This document shows positions 24,616 through 37,104 of a stretch of 58,315 nt of DNA, one piece after another. The stretch comes from Octopus sinensis (lineage: Eukaryota), in contig NW_021833306.1 in the NCBI RefSeq assembly GCF_006345805.1, forward strand, positions 1-58,315, written 5' to 3'. Position 1 is the stretch's first letter. Each line of letters starts with the position of its first letter. The position numbers and the translations under genes were made by a program. The notes beneath the pieces are model-generated. The model did not search any database and had not been told where the DNA came from. It was given only the letters and a program-made list of their open reading frames with translations.

Positions 24616-24971
24616 AACAACAACAACAATAATAATAATAATAATTTTTTGTACTATAGGCACAAGACCCGAAATTTTGAGGAGGAGTATAGTCAACTAC
24701 ATTGACTCCAATACTCAACCGGTACTTATTCTATCAGGCTTAAAAAAATACCCTGGGGTCGATCCATTCGACTAAAATTCTTGAAAGCAGCGACCAAGCC
24801 TGGCTGCAGTCAAATGACTGAAACAAGTAAAAGATAATCACCTGCCTCACCTGAATTAAAATTAAGACAGATTAAGGGAAATAACTCAAATGGCCTAATG
24901 GCATATACTTGTTTATTTGAATTAAGAGAGTTTTTTTAGTTAAAGTTTTGAAATGAGAAATTCTCATTATT

Positions 24972-25107
24972 CTTTTCTACTCTAGGCACAAGGCCAGAAA
25001 TTTTCGGGCAGGGGTTTAGATCGACCACAGTACGCAACTGGTATTTAATTTATCGACCCCAATAGCATTTCGTCCGGTGTGCTAACGATTCTGCCAGCTC
25101 GCCGCCT
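24972..25107 (-). mobile_element. Meta-domain SINE (internally deleted) with 18-bp TSD
   Basis: TSD TGAGAAATTCTCATTATT at 24954-24971 and 25108-25125. Confidence 0.85.
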
Positions 25108-25138
25108 TGAGAAATTCTCATTATTATTAGGGTTTATA

Positions 25139-25480
25139 AAGCGGCGAGCAGGCAGAAACGTTAGCACGCAGGGCGAAATGCGTAGTCGTATTTCGTCTGC
25201 CGTTACGTTCTGAGTTCAAATTCCGCCGAGGTCGACTTTGCCTTTCATCCTTTCGGGGTCGATAAATTAAGTACTAGTTACGCACTGGGGCCGATGTAAT
25301 CGACTTAATCCGTTTGTCTGTCCTTGTTTGTCCCCTCTGTGTTTAGTCCCTTGTGGGTAGTAAAGAAATAGGTATTTCGTCTGTCATTACGTTCTGAGTT
25401 GAAATTCCGCCAAGGTCAACTTTGCCTTTCATCCTTTCGGGGTCGATTAAATAAGTACCAGTTACGAACTGGGTCGATAT
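25139..25480 (+). mobile_element. Meta-domain SINE tandem dimer (second unit truncated)
   Basis: Full unit, then junction TAAAGAAATAG|GTATTTCGTCTG, then a second Meta core. Confidence 0.85.
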
Positions 25481-25487
25481 ATATATC

Positions 25488-25715
25488 TTTACTGCCCACA
25501 AGGGGCTAAACATAGAGGGGACAAACAAGGACAGACAAAGGGAGTAAGTCAATTACATTGACCCCAGTGCGAAACTGGTACTTTATTTATCGACCCCGAA
25601 AGGATGAAAGGTAAAGTCGACCTCGGCGGAATTTGAACTCAGAACATAACGACAGACGAAATACCGCTAAGCACTTCGCCCGGCGCGCTAACGTTTCTGC
25701 CAGCTCGCGGCCTTA
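25488..25715 (-). mobile_element. Meta-domain SINE monomer, inverted relative to the adjacent dimer
   Basis: Reverse complement of the same unit. Confidence 0.85.
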
Positions 25716-25989
25716 TATAATCGACTTAATCCCCTCCCGCAAGCTGCCCTTGAGACAAACATTTTAAATCATTATTATTGGGCTTTATTCTGTGTTCTAG
25801 ACCTCAGAGAGTTCTTTCCTTCACGCTGTATGCATGGTTGGAAACAAAGTACCACACAGCCACGCTTCTGCCTGTACTTCCTTACGTCTTCTCTCTTTTC
25901 TTTCTCCTTTTCTCTCTTTCTGACGAACGGTTTTTGTTCGATAAACTATAGGCATTTCTATGCGTTTTTGGTTATCTTCTGTACTGTTT

Positions 25990-26490
25990 GTTTCTAGCAT
26001 GTGTGGTGTGTGTGCGTGTGTGTGAGTCTCTGTGTGTGTGTTTATATATGCGTTTATGTGTTTGTATGTGCGTTTGTGTGTTGTGTGTGTGCGTGTGTGT
26101 GTCTGTGTGTGTGTGTGTTTATATATGCGTTTATGTGTTTGTATGTGCGTTTGTGTGTTGTGTGTATGTGTGTGTGTTTCTATGAGTGAGCATGTGTATG
26201 TTTGTGTCTTTGTGTGTGTTTTTGTGTGCGTATTGTATGTGGAATGCTGCATGTGTGTGTGTCTGTGTTTATATGTGTGAGTGTGTGTGTTTGTGTATGT
26301 GTGTTGTGTGTGTGTGTGTTTGTGTATGTGTGTTGTGTGTGTGTGTGCTTGTGTGTGTGCTTGTGTGTGGGCTTGTGTGTGTGTGTGTGTGTGTGTGTGC
26401 TTGTGTGTGTGCATTGTGTGTTTATATGTGTGTTTGTGTGTGTGTTGTGTTAGCGTGTGTGTATGTGTGTGTGTGCGTATGCGTGTGTGA
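25990..26490. repeat. Degenerate (TG)n field
   Basis: Directly visible. Confidence 0.9.
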
Positions 26491-26828
26491 GAGAGAGAGT
26501 ATTAGTCTCTGCCACTTGACGGTTAATGTTGGTTTTTGTTTCACGTTCCTTTAACCTAGCGTTTCGACAAAAGTACCGATAGAATAAATACCAGACTTCA
26601 AAAATAAGAACACGGATTGGTATTTTGTTTTCTATTAAACCCTTCAAGCGGTGCTCCAGCATGACCGCAGTCCAGTGACTGAATACCAGCTAAAAAATAC
26701 TACGTACATACACACGCACAAACATTCATAAGTAAGTACACACATCAGATCAGTGTTTCAAACTGCCACACCTATAAAACTGAGACCCCACGTGTAGATG
26801 TATGTGTGTGTCTGTGTGTCTGTGTGTG

Positions 26829-26862
<34 letters not shown>

Positions 26863-26994
26863 AGTGTGTGGTTGACTTTCGTTTGTACCGGGGTACCCTG
26901 TCACACAGTGGGTGGTCAGTTCAAATCCAACCCTCTTCCAATTAAATGCTGACGTGAGGCACACATGATATGGCTGACGAAGTATATAATGATA

Positions 26995-27241
26995 GCACTG
27001 ATGACGACGATGATGATGATGGTGGTGGTGGTGGTGGTGGTGGTGGTGGGGATGCTGCTGCTGTTGATGAGGAGGAATGATGAATGACGTTGATCATGAG
27101 GTCAAAGATGATGATGACGTAGATGTGTTACGTATCAGATGTCAATGTAGTAGTAGTAGTAATAGTAGTAGTAGTAGTAGTAGTGGTTGTTTTTGAAGTA
27201 GATGTAGTTGCAGGGGCAGCAGCAGCAGCAGCAGCAGCACC

Positions 27242-27316
<75 letters not shown>

Positions 27317-27850
27317 CAGTAATAGTAGAAGTTGTATATGTTGTTGTTTGTGGTGGTCGTGCTGTTGCTGTTTCTGTTGTTGTTTAGCTCCATGAACTTC
27401 ACTGTTTCGACTGATAATCCAACACAATCCAGCCGTGACTGTTCCGTTTGCATTATGAGACATTCTATTCAAGAATGAAATTTAGTGTTTTCGACAGGGC
27501 TGGGTATAAACTGAAATATAATTTAACTGCTATTTCTAGCAGGTGAGCAACTACGTAAGGGACATCTCGGCGGCATTTCTAGTTGTAACATTGTTGTTGT
27601 CGTTGTTGTCGTTGTTGCTGTTGTTGTTGATGATAATGATGATGATGACGAGGGGGACAAGGAAGTAGAGGAAGAGAAAGAGGAGAGAAGGAGGGGAGTA
27701 TTATTGGTAATGATGATGATGATGACTATGATGATGAGGATGACTATGATGATGAGGATGATGATGGTGGTGATGATGACGATGATGATGAGAAGGAGGA
27801 TGGTGATGGTGGTGATGGTGGTGGTGGTGGTGGAGCTGGTAGTAATGATG
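26995..27850. repeat. Compound (GAT/GGT/TAG/TTG)n trinucleotide field with a short unique insert
   Basis: Directly visible. Confidence 0.85.
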
Positions 27851-28734
27851 ATTATCAACAACATGGTTCCACGTTCAATCCCACCTTTGGCATGACTCCT
27901 CTACTATAACTTCGGGTCGACAAAAGCCTTATGAGTGAATTTGTTAGACGGATATATATATATATATAGATATATATATATATATTATATATATATATAC
28001 ACATGTGTGTGTGTGTGTGTGTTTGTGTGTATGTGTGTGTGTGTGCAGAGATACCCGGCGTTGCTCGGTATTAACAGGGCATAGTTTTTTATTGTCTTGC
28101 TTGTTTCGTCCATGTGTCTACGGCCATGCTGGAGCACCGCTTTTAGTGGAAGAAAACGACTCAGAATTTATTCTTTGTAAGCCTAGTATTTAATCTATCG
28201 ATGTGTTTTGCTTAACGGCTAGGTTACAGCGACGTAGACACAGCAACATCGGATGGCTATTTGAAACGACCTGTTAGTTCATACATTGATTATCATATCT
28301 TCCAGCACACAATAAAATAAATATTTGGTGTAAGCATTCAAATACCATTTAATATCTTTCAAATTCTGCAGTATTTCACATGTAATTTTTTATCTTCCAA
28401 AGCACTTTTGGTATATAGGTCAACCTACCTTTTCCAGCTGAAATTTTGATCTGAAAAATTCAATTTGTATACTGGAAAATACAAACATGAGACTCGGTAA
28501 AACTTTACATTAAAGCATCATGATGGTATAAAATGTTTAGCTGAATTCCCTGCCTTATTCTGCTCTCAGATCTACACTGTCCTCTTTTCAAATGTATATA
28601 ATTCCAAAGGTAAACTATGTTTGAAAACAGATTAGAAGTTGTGTTTATGAATTTATATGGCGTTTAAAGCAACAGTTAAAACTGTTCTGCTATCCTTAAT
28701 CAAAATACCAACTTTTCAAAAACAAGAGGAAAGA

Positions 28735-29070
28735 CTCCTTTCGGTCATGAATGACCATAGGATTTCATCTAGAAAGTTACCCCCCACGGCACAAGTCCAG
28801 GCAAGGTTGTTTGTGGAAGACAAGTAGACTCCCATGCATACCAGCTTCCCCTCTCTACGCCATTAATGTTATCCAAGGGAAAGGGAAAGGGAAAGGATGA
28901 TACAGCCTGGGACCAGTAACTTCACAAGTTTTTAAAGGCTGAATGAACTGAAGCAACGGGAAATAAAGTGTCTTGCTCAAGAACACAGCACACAGCCCGG
29001 TCCGGGAATCAAACTCAGCACCTCATGATTGTGAGCCCGACATTCTAATCATTAACCCATGCACTTTCAA
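28735..29070 (-). mobile_element. tRNA-derived SINE family D, full length
   Basis: Minus strand has an A/B-box head, TTCTTGAGCAAGACACTTTATTTC core, CCTTTCCCTTGGATAAC and tail GGTCATTCATGACCGAAAGG. Confidence 0.75.
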
Positions 29071-29261
29071 CTTTTCAATACACATACAGTTATGAAAGCA
29101 CACACACACACACACAGAATTAAACTACGTTTAAGTTACGAATTACAATTTTGTTGTCAATTTTGTTTACAATAATGTTTTCATTTGACACATTCTACCA
29201 GTATACGAAGTTTCAAATTGTTTAGTTAACTAGGAAAATCTGGCCTTCAAAATGAAAAGAT

Positions 29262-29397
29262 CCCAGCTGAGTTAACTGGAGCAACGTGAAATAAAGGGTC
29301 TTGCTCAAGAGCAACAGCACGCAGCCCGGTCGGGGAATCGAACTCCCAACCTCACGATCGTAGGCTCGACGCTCTAACCACCGAGCCATGCGCCTTT
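29262..29397 (-). mobile_element. SINE family D 5' part with well-preserved tRNA-Arg-like head
   Basis: A box TGGCTCGGTGG, CTACGAT anticodon-like loop, B box GAGTTCGATTCC, continuing into the SINE body CTTGAGCAAGAC. Confidence 0.75.
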
Positions 29398-29699
29398 ACT
29401 CGGAACTATGTGATTGATAAACAAGCTACTTACCACACGACCACTCCTACGTATCTGTGCATCACTTATTTTTTTAAAGGTTTATTTTTAAGAAATATTT
29501 TATACGGTTACTTACATAATGTTACAGTGTAAATGTATTGTTTACAATAAATATTGGGTCTACGGATGTAGTATGACTAACAATGTTGTTCCTGATGACG
29601 CTAACACCACCGGAAACAGTGTTCTGTTTATTTTTATACTGAATACAGTCATTTACCTGTTTTCTGTTTTCCTAAATTATTATTATTATTCTTTACGTA

Positions 29700-30007
<308 letters not shown>

Positions 30008-30008
<1 letters not shown>

Positions 30009-30150
30009 AGGCGGCGAGCTGGCAGAGGTCGACTTGGCATTTCATCGTTTCAGAGTCGATAAATTAAGTACCAGTTGCGTACTGGTGTCGATCTAATCGA
30101 CCGGCCCCCTCGCCCAAAATTTCAGGCCTTGTGCCTAGAATAGAAAATGT
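30008..30150 (+). mobile_element. Meta-domain SINE, internally deleted
   Basis: AAGGCGGCGAGCTGGCAGA joined directly to GGTCGACTT..; tail CAGGCCTTGTGCCTAG. Confidence 0.8.
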
Positions 30151-30170
30151 TATTAATAGTACTATTAATA

Positions 30171-30540
30171 GGCACAGGGGTGGCTTGCTTCCCAGCCACA
30201 TAGTTCCGAGTTCAATCCCATTGCGTGACAGCTTCGGCAAGTGTTTTCTACTATAGCCTCGGACCGACCAAATCCTTGTAGGTGGATTTGATAGACGGAA
30301 ACTGAAAGAAGCCCGTCGTGTATATATATATGCATATGTTTGTTGTTTGTGTCTGTGTTTTTCCCCCCAACATCGCTTGACAATCGATGTTGGTGAGTTT
30401 ACGTCCCCGTAACTTAGCGGTTCAGCAAAAGAAATCGATAGAATAAGTACAAAGAATAAGTCCTGGGGACGATTTGTTCGATTAAACGTGGTGCTCCAGC
30501 ATGGCCGCAGTCAAATGACTGAAACTAATAAAAGAATAAA
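30171..30540 (+). mobile_element. SINE family A, near full length
   Basis: Head, short microsatellite and tail. Confidence 0.85.
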
Positions 30541-30554
30541 AGTAATAGCAAGGG

Positions 30555-30915
30555 TTGAGCTGGAAGAGTCGTTAGCTCGTTGCTACGTTCTGGGTTCAAA
30601 TTCCGCTGAGGTCGACTTTGCCTTTCATCCTTTTGGGGTCGATTAAATAAGTACCAATTACGCACTGGGGTCGATATAATCGACTTAATCCGTTTGTCTG
30701 TCCTTTTTTGTCCTCTCTGTGTTTAGCCCCTTGTGGGTAGTAAAGAAATAGGTATTTCGTCTGTCTACGTTCTGAGTTCAAATTCCGCTGAGATCGATTT
30801 TACCTTTCATCCTTTCGTGGTGTCAATAAATTAAGTACCAGTGAAACACTGGGGTCGATCTAATCGACTAACCTCCTCCCACCAAAATTTCAGGCCTTGT
30901 GCCTATAGTAGACAT
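30555..30915 (+). mobile_element. Meta-domain SINE tandem dimer
   Basis: Same TAAAGAAATAG|GTATTTCGTCTG junction. The terminal unit ends in the CAGGCCTTGTGCCTA tail. Confidence 0.85.
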
Positions 30916-30978
30916 GATTATTAGTAGTATTATTATTAGGAGTAGTCGCAGTATTAGTATTTTGAGAGCAGTATTTAT

Positions 30979-31353
30979 ATTACCTCTGCCTTAGCGAAGG
31001 CGGAGGTATTGTTTTCAATCGCGTTTGTTTGTTTGTTTGTTGGTCCGTGGATAAGATATCTCAAGAACCACTTGATGAATTCGGATGAAACGTTCAGTGA
31101 TGTTTGGCCTCACGACTGGCATGAACTGATTAGATTTTGGGATCGATTTGGTACCGAAGAAAGACTCCGGAAATTTTTCCGGTTTTGTAAAACTTAATTT
31201 TTGAGAGCGTTCGGGTTCATTTTAAGTATTGCTGTTTGTGAAGGCAGTCGAGTTTATTTCAGATATTCTCATTTTAAAATCATCTCCGACTAATCATTGG
31301 GAGTGCGTTGGTGTTGCCTTGGCAGAGGTTTGCGCTCCCTGAGTGCTCTTGTT
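30979..31353 (+). mobile_element. HINE/DINE-1-like non-autonomous Helentron
   Basis: Subterminal inverted repeats ACCTCTGCC (30982-30990) and GGCAGAGGT (31321-31329). 5' palindrome CCTCTGCCTT..AAGGCGGAGG, (GTTT)n, and 3' hairpin GCGCTC-CCT-GAGTGC. Confidence 0.75.
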
Positions 31354-32034
31354 ATTATTATTATTTACGGATTTTATTTGTTATTTATCTTCGATTTGTT
31401 TTAATCACTAGACTGTAGTCAAGCTGGAGCACCCTCTTGAAAAATTTGTTGTCGAATGTATCCCCCCCCCCGCGTACTTATTTTGGATCTTTGTGGTTAT
31501 CGTCACTGTCGAACTATTTATAAAATGTTTTAATGTAACATATAGATGTAACTTTTTACGATGAATCCGAATTTGTTATACATTTATTCCAGAAAAACTT
31601 TTACGAAAATGTTACAGGTGTTCAAAGTTTGATAGTTTTCAGAATTTTCAGCCGATCAGAAAACAGTGTGTTCGCTGCCTCTTCCATCATCTGAGAAAAA
31701 GTAGGGCACCGGCATGTCTAAATATTAAAACAGCTACAGTAAACTGAAAAATATTAAAAGATTCGCGAGCGAATTTAATATTTAAAAGCTACGAGCAAAC
31801 CAGCAGGAGTTGCTAGAAATAACAGTCAGAACATTGCTTAAAACAGACATTTATTAGTTTTAAAAATTCAAGAACGAGGGTTTGCTATACACTCTACAAT
31901 CGAATTGTCATGAAAACAAACAACTATAGAACACATGGTACTTACACTCCATGTGCGCATATGCAGCATCTTTGGTTGCTATGGAAAGAGTTCTTCGCAA
32001 TCAGGTATGGAACACGTCGTGCTTCTTTACGCTG

Positions 32035-32300
32035 TTACTCTTTTAATTGTTTCAGTCATTTGACAGTGACCATGCTGGAGCACCGCCTTTAGTCGGGCAA
32101 ATCGACCCCAGGACTTATTCTTTGTTAGCCTAGTACTTATTCTATCGGTCATTTTTGCCGAACCGCTAAGTTACGGGGACGTAAACACACTAGCATCGGT
32201 TGTCATGTGATGTTGGGGGGGACAAACACAAACACACAAATACATACACACACGCACACACACACACACACACACCACACACACAACACACACACACACA

Positions 32301-32349
<49 letters not shown>

Positions 32350-32521
32350 CATATATACGACGGACCTCCTTCAGCTTCCATCTACCAAATCCACTCACAA
32401 GGCTTTGGTCGGCCCGAGGCTATAGTAGAAGATACTTGCCCAAGGTGCCACGAAGTGGGACTGATCCCGGAACCATGTGGTTCGTAAACAAGGTACTTAC
32501 CATACAGCCACTCCTACGTCT
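32035..32521 (-). mobile_element. SINE family A, full length
   Basis: Reverse complement of head and tail with an internal (TA)(TG) tract. Confidence 0.88.
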
Positions 32522-32774
32522 TTGATTACTATACTAACATAACTTCACGGTGATGTATAAAATACTCGCTTCTGATTGGCTAAAACCCCCAAATTTTGCA
32601 AATTTCAAAGTCTAATAACTTTTTAACCATGGATTTAGAGGGAAAATAAATTTCATTAACATAATTAGTATACAAAACTTAATCCATAATCCTAATTTGG
32701 AAACAATTGGAACTAAATTGTAAACAATGACGAAAACCACAAAGATCCCTTATTTTATTTTAAGCCTGATACTT

Positions 32775-33065
32775 GCTCTGTTTCTCTCTTTTGCCGAACT
32801 GCTAAGCTACACGGACGTAAGTACACTAACACCCGTTGTCAAGCAGTGGTGGCGGACAAACACAGACGCAAAGACATACGCACACACATAAATATACATG
32901 CATGCACATCGGGCTTCTTTCAGTTTCCGCCTACCAAATCCATTCCTAATAATTTGTTCGACCCGCGGCCATAGCAGAAGCTACTTGCCCAAGGTACCAT
33001 GCAGCGGAACTGAACCCGGAACCATGTGGTTGGGCTGTGAAGCAAACTTCTTACCACACAGGCTA
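32775..33065 (-). mobile_element. SINE family A, partial
   Basis: Head and proximal tail; distal tail missing. Confidence 0.75.
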
Positions 33066-33149
33066 ACTTTTCATTTATTTATTTATTTATTTATTTATTT
33101 ATGTTTGTCATTACCATGTTTATCAGTTATTATCAGAACGCATTCATCA

Positions 33150-33500
33150 ATGAAGAAAGCAAAACACATTTTTACAAACTTCAGAAAAGCATAATGGAAA
33201 GGAGTTCCGCCAAAGAAACAGGACCTAGATTTTCAGAATTCCTCACTACCATAATCACCAAGATAGACATAGACACTACAGTCCATAGAATCAACAAAAT
33301 ATTTGTAGACGCATCTAAAAAACATATCCCAGAAGGCAACATAATAAAAACAAAAAACTACAGCCTTAATCACAGAGGCAACCTCGTAAAAATCAGAACC
33401 CGACCGCAAATGAAATATACCACGTACGAGTGAAACAAAACGCGACATCCCTTGTTGATGTGGAATGCCATACACACAAGAGGCTCTGTTTGGAATTGAT
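33150..33500 (+). pseudogene. LINE ORF2 fragment (post-endonuclease linker)
   Basis: PRFSEFL..INKIFVDASKKHIPEG resembles the W..F..A....IP linker of APE LINEs. Weak match. Confidence 0.35.
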
Positions 33501-33529
33501 ATAACAACAACAACAATCATAAACAGTAA

Positions 33530-33757
33530 CGCCACCGTTACTACCAAAGCCATCATTAAAATTGTATTCACCACCGCCAAATCCACCATCATTACATTTT
33601 TACCATAACCACCTCCACCACTAGCAGTCTATCACGACCACGACCACCGCCACCAAGACCACTACCACCGCAACCATCACCACTACCACCCTCACCACTA
33701 CCGCCACCACTAACACAACCACGAACAATATCACCCACACTGCCATCACAACCACTA

Positions 33758-33788
<31 letters not shown>

Positions 33789-34317
33789 ACATTTCATTTA
33801 CGTCATTGAAGATATCTCGACTTTTGTTGTTAGTTAGAGAGGGTGGGAGGGTCATTAATGCCGATGTGGGGGTAACTGGGTGCGTGGGGGGTAGGGTAGG
33901 AAGGTTTTTTTTTACGCACAAGCGCGCGCACTCATACACCCGTACCACGGCACAAAACATAAACAAAACGAAGAACTAGGGGTGTAGGGCAACGGGGCTG
34001 GCGGCGGCGGCGGTGGTGGTGATGGCGATAGTGGAGGGTGGGGGGTGAAGGTTGGGTTGGCGTCAGTGGCGGAAGCAATGGTGGTGGTGGTGGTCGTCGT
34101 GGTGGTGATGGTGGTGACGGCGGCGGCGGCGGCGGTTGTGGTGGTGGTGGTAGTGGTGGTGGTGGTGGTGGTGGCGGTGATAGTGGAGGGGGTGATATCT
34201 GGATGAATGGACTAAATGAACCTGAGAAAGCGAAAGATAGAGAAAACAAAGAGAAAAAGAAAGAGAGGAAGAATGATAAGAAGGGAAGGAAGGAAGGAAG
34301 AAAGAAAGAAAGAACGA

Positions 34318-34361
<44 letters not shown>

Positions 34362-34410
34362 ATGAAAGAAGGGAAGGAAGGAAGGAAGAAAGAAAGAAAG
34401 ACAGTCATAA
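33530..34410. repeat. (ACC)n, (GGT/GGC)n and (GAAA)n low-complexity field
   Basis: Directly visible. A canonical G4 pattern lies at 33868-33895. Confidence 0.85.
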
Positions 34411-34767
34411 GGATGGAGAAAGAACACCCTGTCTACGAAACAGTCACCAGGTGTCGCTAACATTCCCCTTCGTGTTGATAATGTTCTGGGCTGAGCTGGC
34501 GTGTCTGCGCACGCGCGTGTGTATGTATGTATGCATTGGAAGTGCTGTTTATCACCTGATTAATGAAACACTTGTTTTTCATATGGTCACGTCAGTTTAT
34601 AAAACGCTAGGTGACAGGGTAGTAGTAGCAGCAGTGGTAGACTTAACAGTTGTTGGTGTTGTTGTTCTTGTTGTTCTTGTAAAAGAGGAAGAAGAAGGAG
34701 GAAGAAGAAGGAAGAAGAAGGGAAGGACAGAAAGATGATAAGTTGGAGATGGAGGTGGAAAGTAATA

Positions 34768-34823
<56 letters not shown>

Positions 34824-34833
34824 TAATAATAAT

Positions 34834-35092
34834 AGGTGCATTAGGCATGATAAAATAGTAGGTGCATTAGGCATGATAAAAAAATATTCAGACAAATACA
34901 TAACAAAAACACCAGGACTTACAAACACATATAACATACAGAAAATTGCACTACTAAGCACTGCACACATCCAACGCAGAGCACTTTCCATACAATAACT
35001 ATCAGAGCATCACAACAAATCACAGCACATACCCAAGGCACACAGAGCTGCGCTCGGTAGTGAAGTGAAAGCACGCTATAAAAATAAAACTA

Positions 35093-35097
<5 letters not shown>
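34834..35097 (+). pseudogene. RLE LINE family 2, 3' fragment in (TAA)n
   Basis: IVGALGMIKKYSDKYITKTPGLTNTYNIQKIALLSTAHIQRRALSIQ* plus the shared 3' UTR. Confidence 0.88.
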
Positions 35098-35139
<42 letters not shown>

Positions 35140-35141
<2 letters not shown>

Positions 35142-35352
35142 TCTACTGTAGGCACAAGGCCTGACATTTTGGGGGAAGGTGCTAGTCGATTACATCGATT
35201 CCAGTCCGTAACTGGTACTTGTTTCATCGACCGCGAAAGGACGAAAGGTAAAGTTGACCGCGGCAGAATTTGAACTTAGAATGCAAGGACAGACGAAAAG
35301 CCGCTAAGCAATTTGCTCGGCGTGCTAACAATTCTGCCAGCTTACCGCCTTG
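35140..35352 (-). mobile_element. Meta-domain SINE monomer
   Basis: Reverse complement of head, core and GGCCTTGTGCCTA tail. Confidence 0.8.
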
Positions 35353-35714
35353 ATGATGATGATTATGATGATGATGATGATGTTGATGATGGTCAAGACG
35401 AAGAGCGCGATTCGATTGTAAGATATTTTATTGGTTGAACGATATTTCAACAGTAAGTCTGTCTTATTAAGTTCAAAATAAGAAGTGATAAAAATTCAAA
35501 ATTACAAAAATTTAAACGTAAAATATGAACGAGAGCAACCAGCGTCCATATGTTGATGGAATGACATCATCAGTTTTTAAGTTACAATTTCATAACAGCC
35601 GAAAAGAAAAAGACAGAAAAAAAAAACAGGAAAAAAGAAGACGGCAGAAGAAAGAAAAGAAAAAAAAGAGTGAAAAGAATATTTAATCAAACAGTTTTGT
35701 ATAAATTTGATGAT

Positions 35715-36433
35715 ATTCTCCTGTTATCTTATTCATTCCTCCAGGGCGTGATGTTAATAACCCGCAAACAAATTTCTCCTCATACATTCTGAGAAATGAA
35801 AGTGGAGCAGATTCTGAGAATATGCACTTTCAAGTCTTCTTCAAAATTGCAGCCGCTTGAAACGAAATGTTTAGCAAGTTCTGTCGAACTACTGTTATTG
35901 TGCCTAACGTCGAATCTGTGTCCATTAAACCTTTTGTTTAATTGTTCTGTTGTACAACCAACATAAATCAAGTTGTGTTTCGTGCATTCTGCAGTGTACA
36001 CCAAATGGGAATCTTTACATGTTCCACCTTCTGTATAAACGGTAGCATTTCTATTATGATTTCTGATAGGATTCACTTCACTCATGTTGTTGCACAATGA
36101 ACAGGGCTTACCTCTCTTGCGGCTGTTCTTTAAGGTACAGCGTGCAGATACTCCAATGTTCGTTTTCTTGGAGTCAGAAATAGAGGTTAATAATTCTCTT
36201 ATATTCTTATTCCGTCTAGTAGCCTTTGGTAGCGGTGAATCTTCTGTTGTATTTGTTGCTGTTGCTTCTACTTTTGGCGTTGTTTCTGTAGGTACTGCTT
36301 CCTGTCTTGTCGCTGGTGCTGCAATCATTGTTGCTGAAATTGCATATGCTACTCTTGCAGTTACTGTAGCTATCTGTGGTTGCTGCTTTTGTTGTTGGTA
36401 TTGATGTCGTAGTATTAGTTGTAGTAGAGACAT
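35715..36433 (-). pseudogene. Penelope-like GIY-YIG endonuclease ORF with zinc-finger-like linker, no RT seen
   Basis: C..RGKPCSLC..TCKDSHLVYTAECTKHNLIYVGCTTEQLNKRFNGHR..LAKHF. A frameshifted EEKFVCGLLTSRPGGMN end follows. Confidence 0.82.
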
Positions 36434-37104
36434 TTTTCTTTTCTATTTTCTGTTACTGTTGGGAAGAGGAAGACTTGAGATGTTTCCCCAGTTGTTGCAT
36501 CGAGGCTTCCCACCCTTCACTACTTCCTGCAACTGTTGTCCTGGGATCACTCTATTAGGTCAGGAATTTCGTCTAGTGCTTCAGGTTTCATCTGTATCAG
36601 AATCTCCTACCCCATGTCAACCCAATTTCCCGTTCAGATTCTTTTTGTTTCTTGCAGTTTGCTAGAGTTTCCAAGTCCATTATATTTCACTACCCAGTAG
36701 AAGTCCAATTCTTATAATAAATTCAAGATTTGTACCCGGTGGAGTGTTGCTGGATTACTGTTTCCGAGCGAAAAATAACTCAGCTGTTTCCGAACTTATG
36801 GGCATGTCTCACAAAAAATAACATCCGATCAAATGTTATTTAAAAACTATTCTGCTTGGTCTGAAGGTATACGCTCTAATTTGTATATTTTTGTCAATAA
36901 GTAACTATACAGAGTTGTTTTCCCTTCTTTTTTTTACCTAAATGTTGTTGCGATGAACTGAGCGTTACTTTTCTCTGTTGTAATCTGTTGATTTGTTTCT
37001 CCATCTTTCCTAAATGTTCATACCGTTTGTCAAGTAAAATAAAGTCGGAAGCAGGTAACTTCTTGTCCTGAGTAAATTTGTATCAGTGCAAATTTTTTAA
37101 CCCT

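Noticed and set aside
28570-28609. 40-nt plus-strand micro-exon (CTCTCAG|...AAG|GTAAAC)
   Set aside because: Such signal pairs arise often by chance in 58 kb, and the peptide is not recognisable.
29330-29397. tRNA-Arg gene
   Set aside because: The acceptor stem does not close and the sequence runs into a SINE body shared with 28735-29070.
29592-29625. CTGATGA..GAAA
   Set aside because: Stem II is only 2 bp and stem I is unpaired. Degenerate.
33932-34460. Gly-rich or Pro-rich protein ORFs
   Set aside because: They are (GGT/GGC)n and (GAAA)n simple repeats embedded in a larger microsatellite field.
35540-35610. SECIS or hammerhead downstream of the GIY-YIG ORF
   Set aside because: ATGA..AAA..GA has no complementary helix, and CTGATGA has no GAAA partner.
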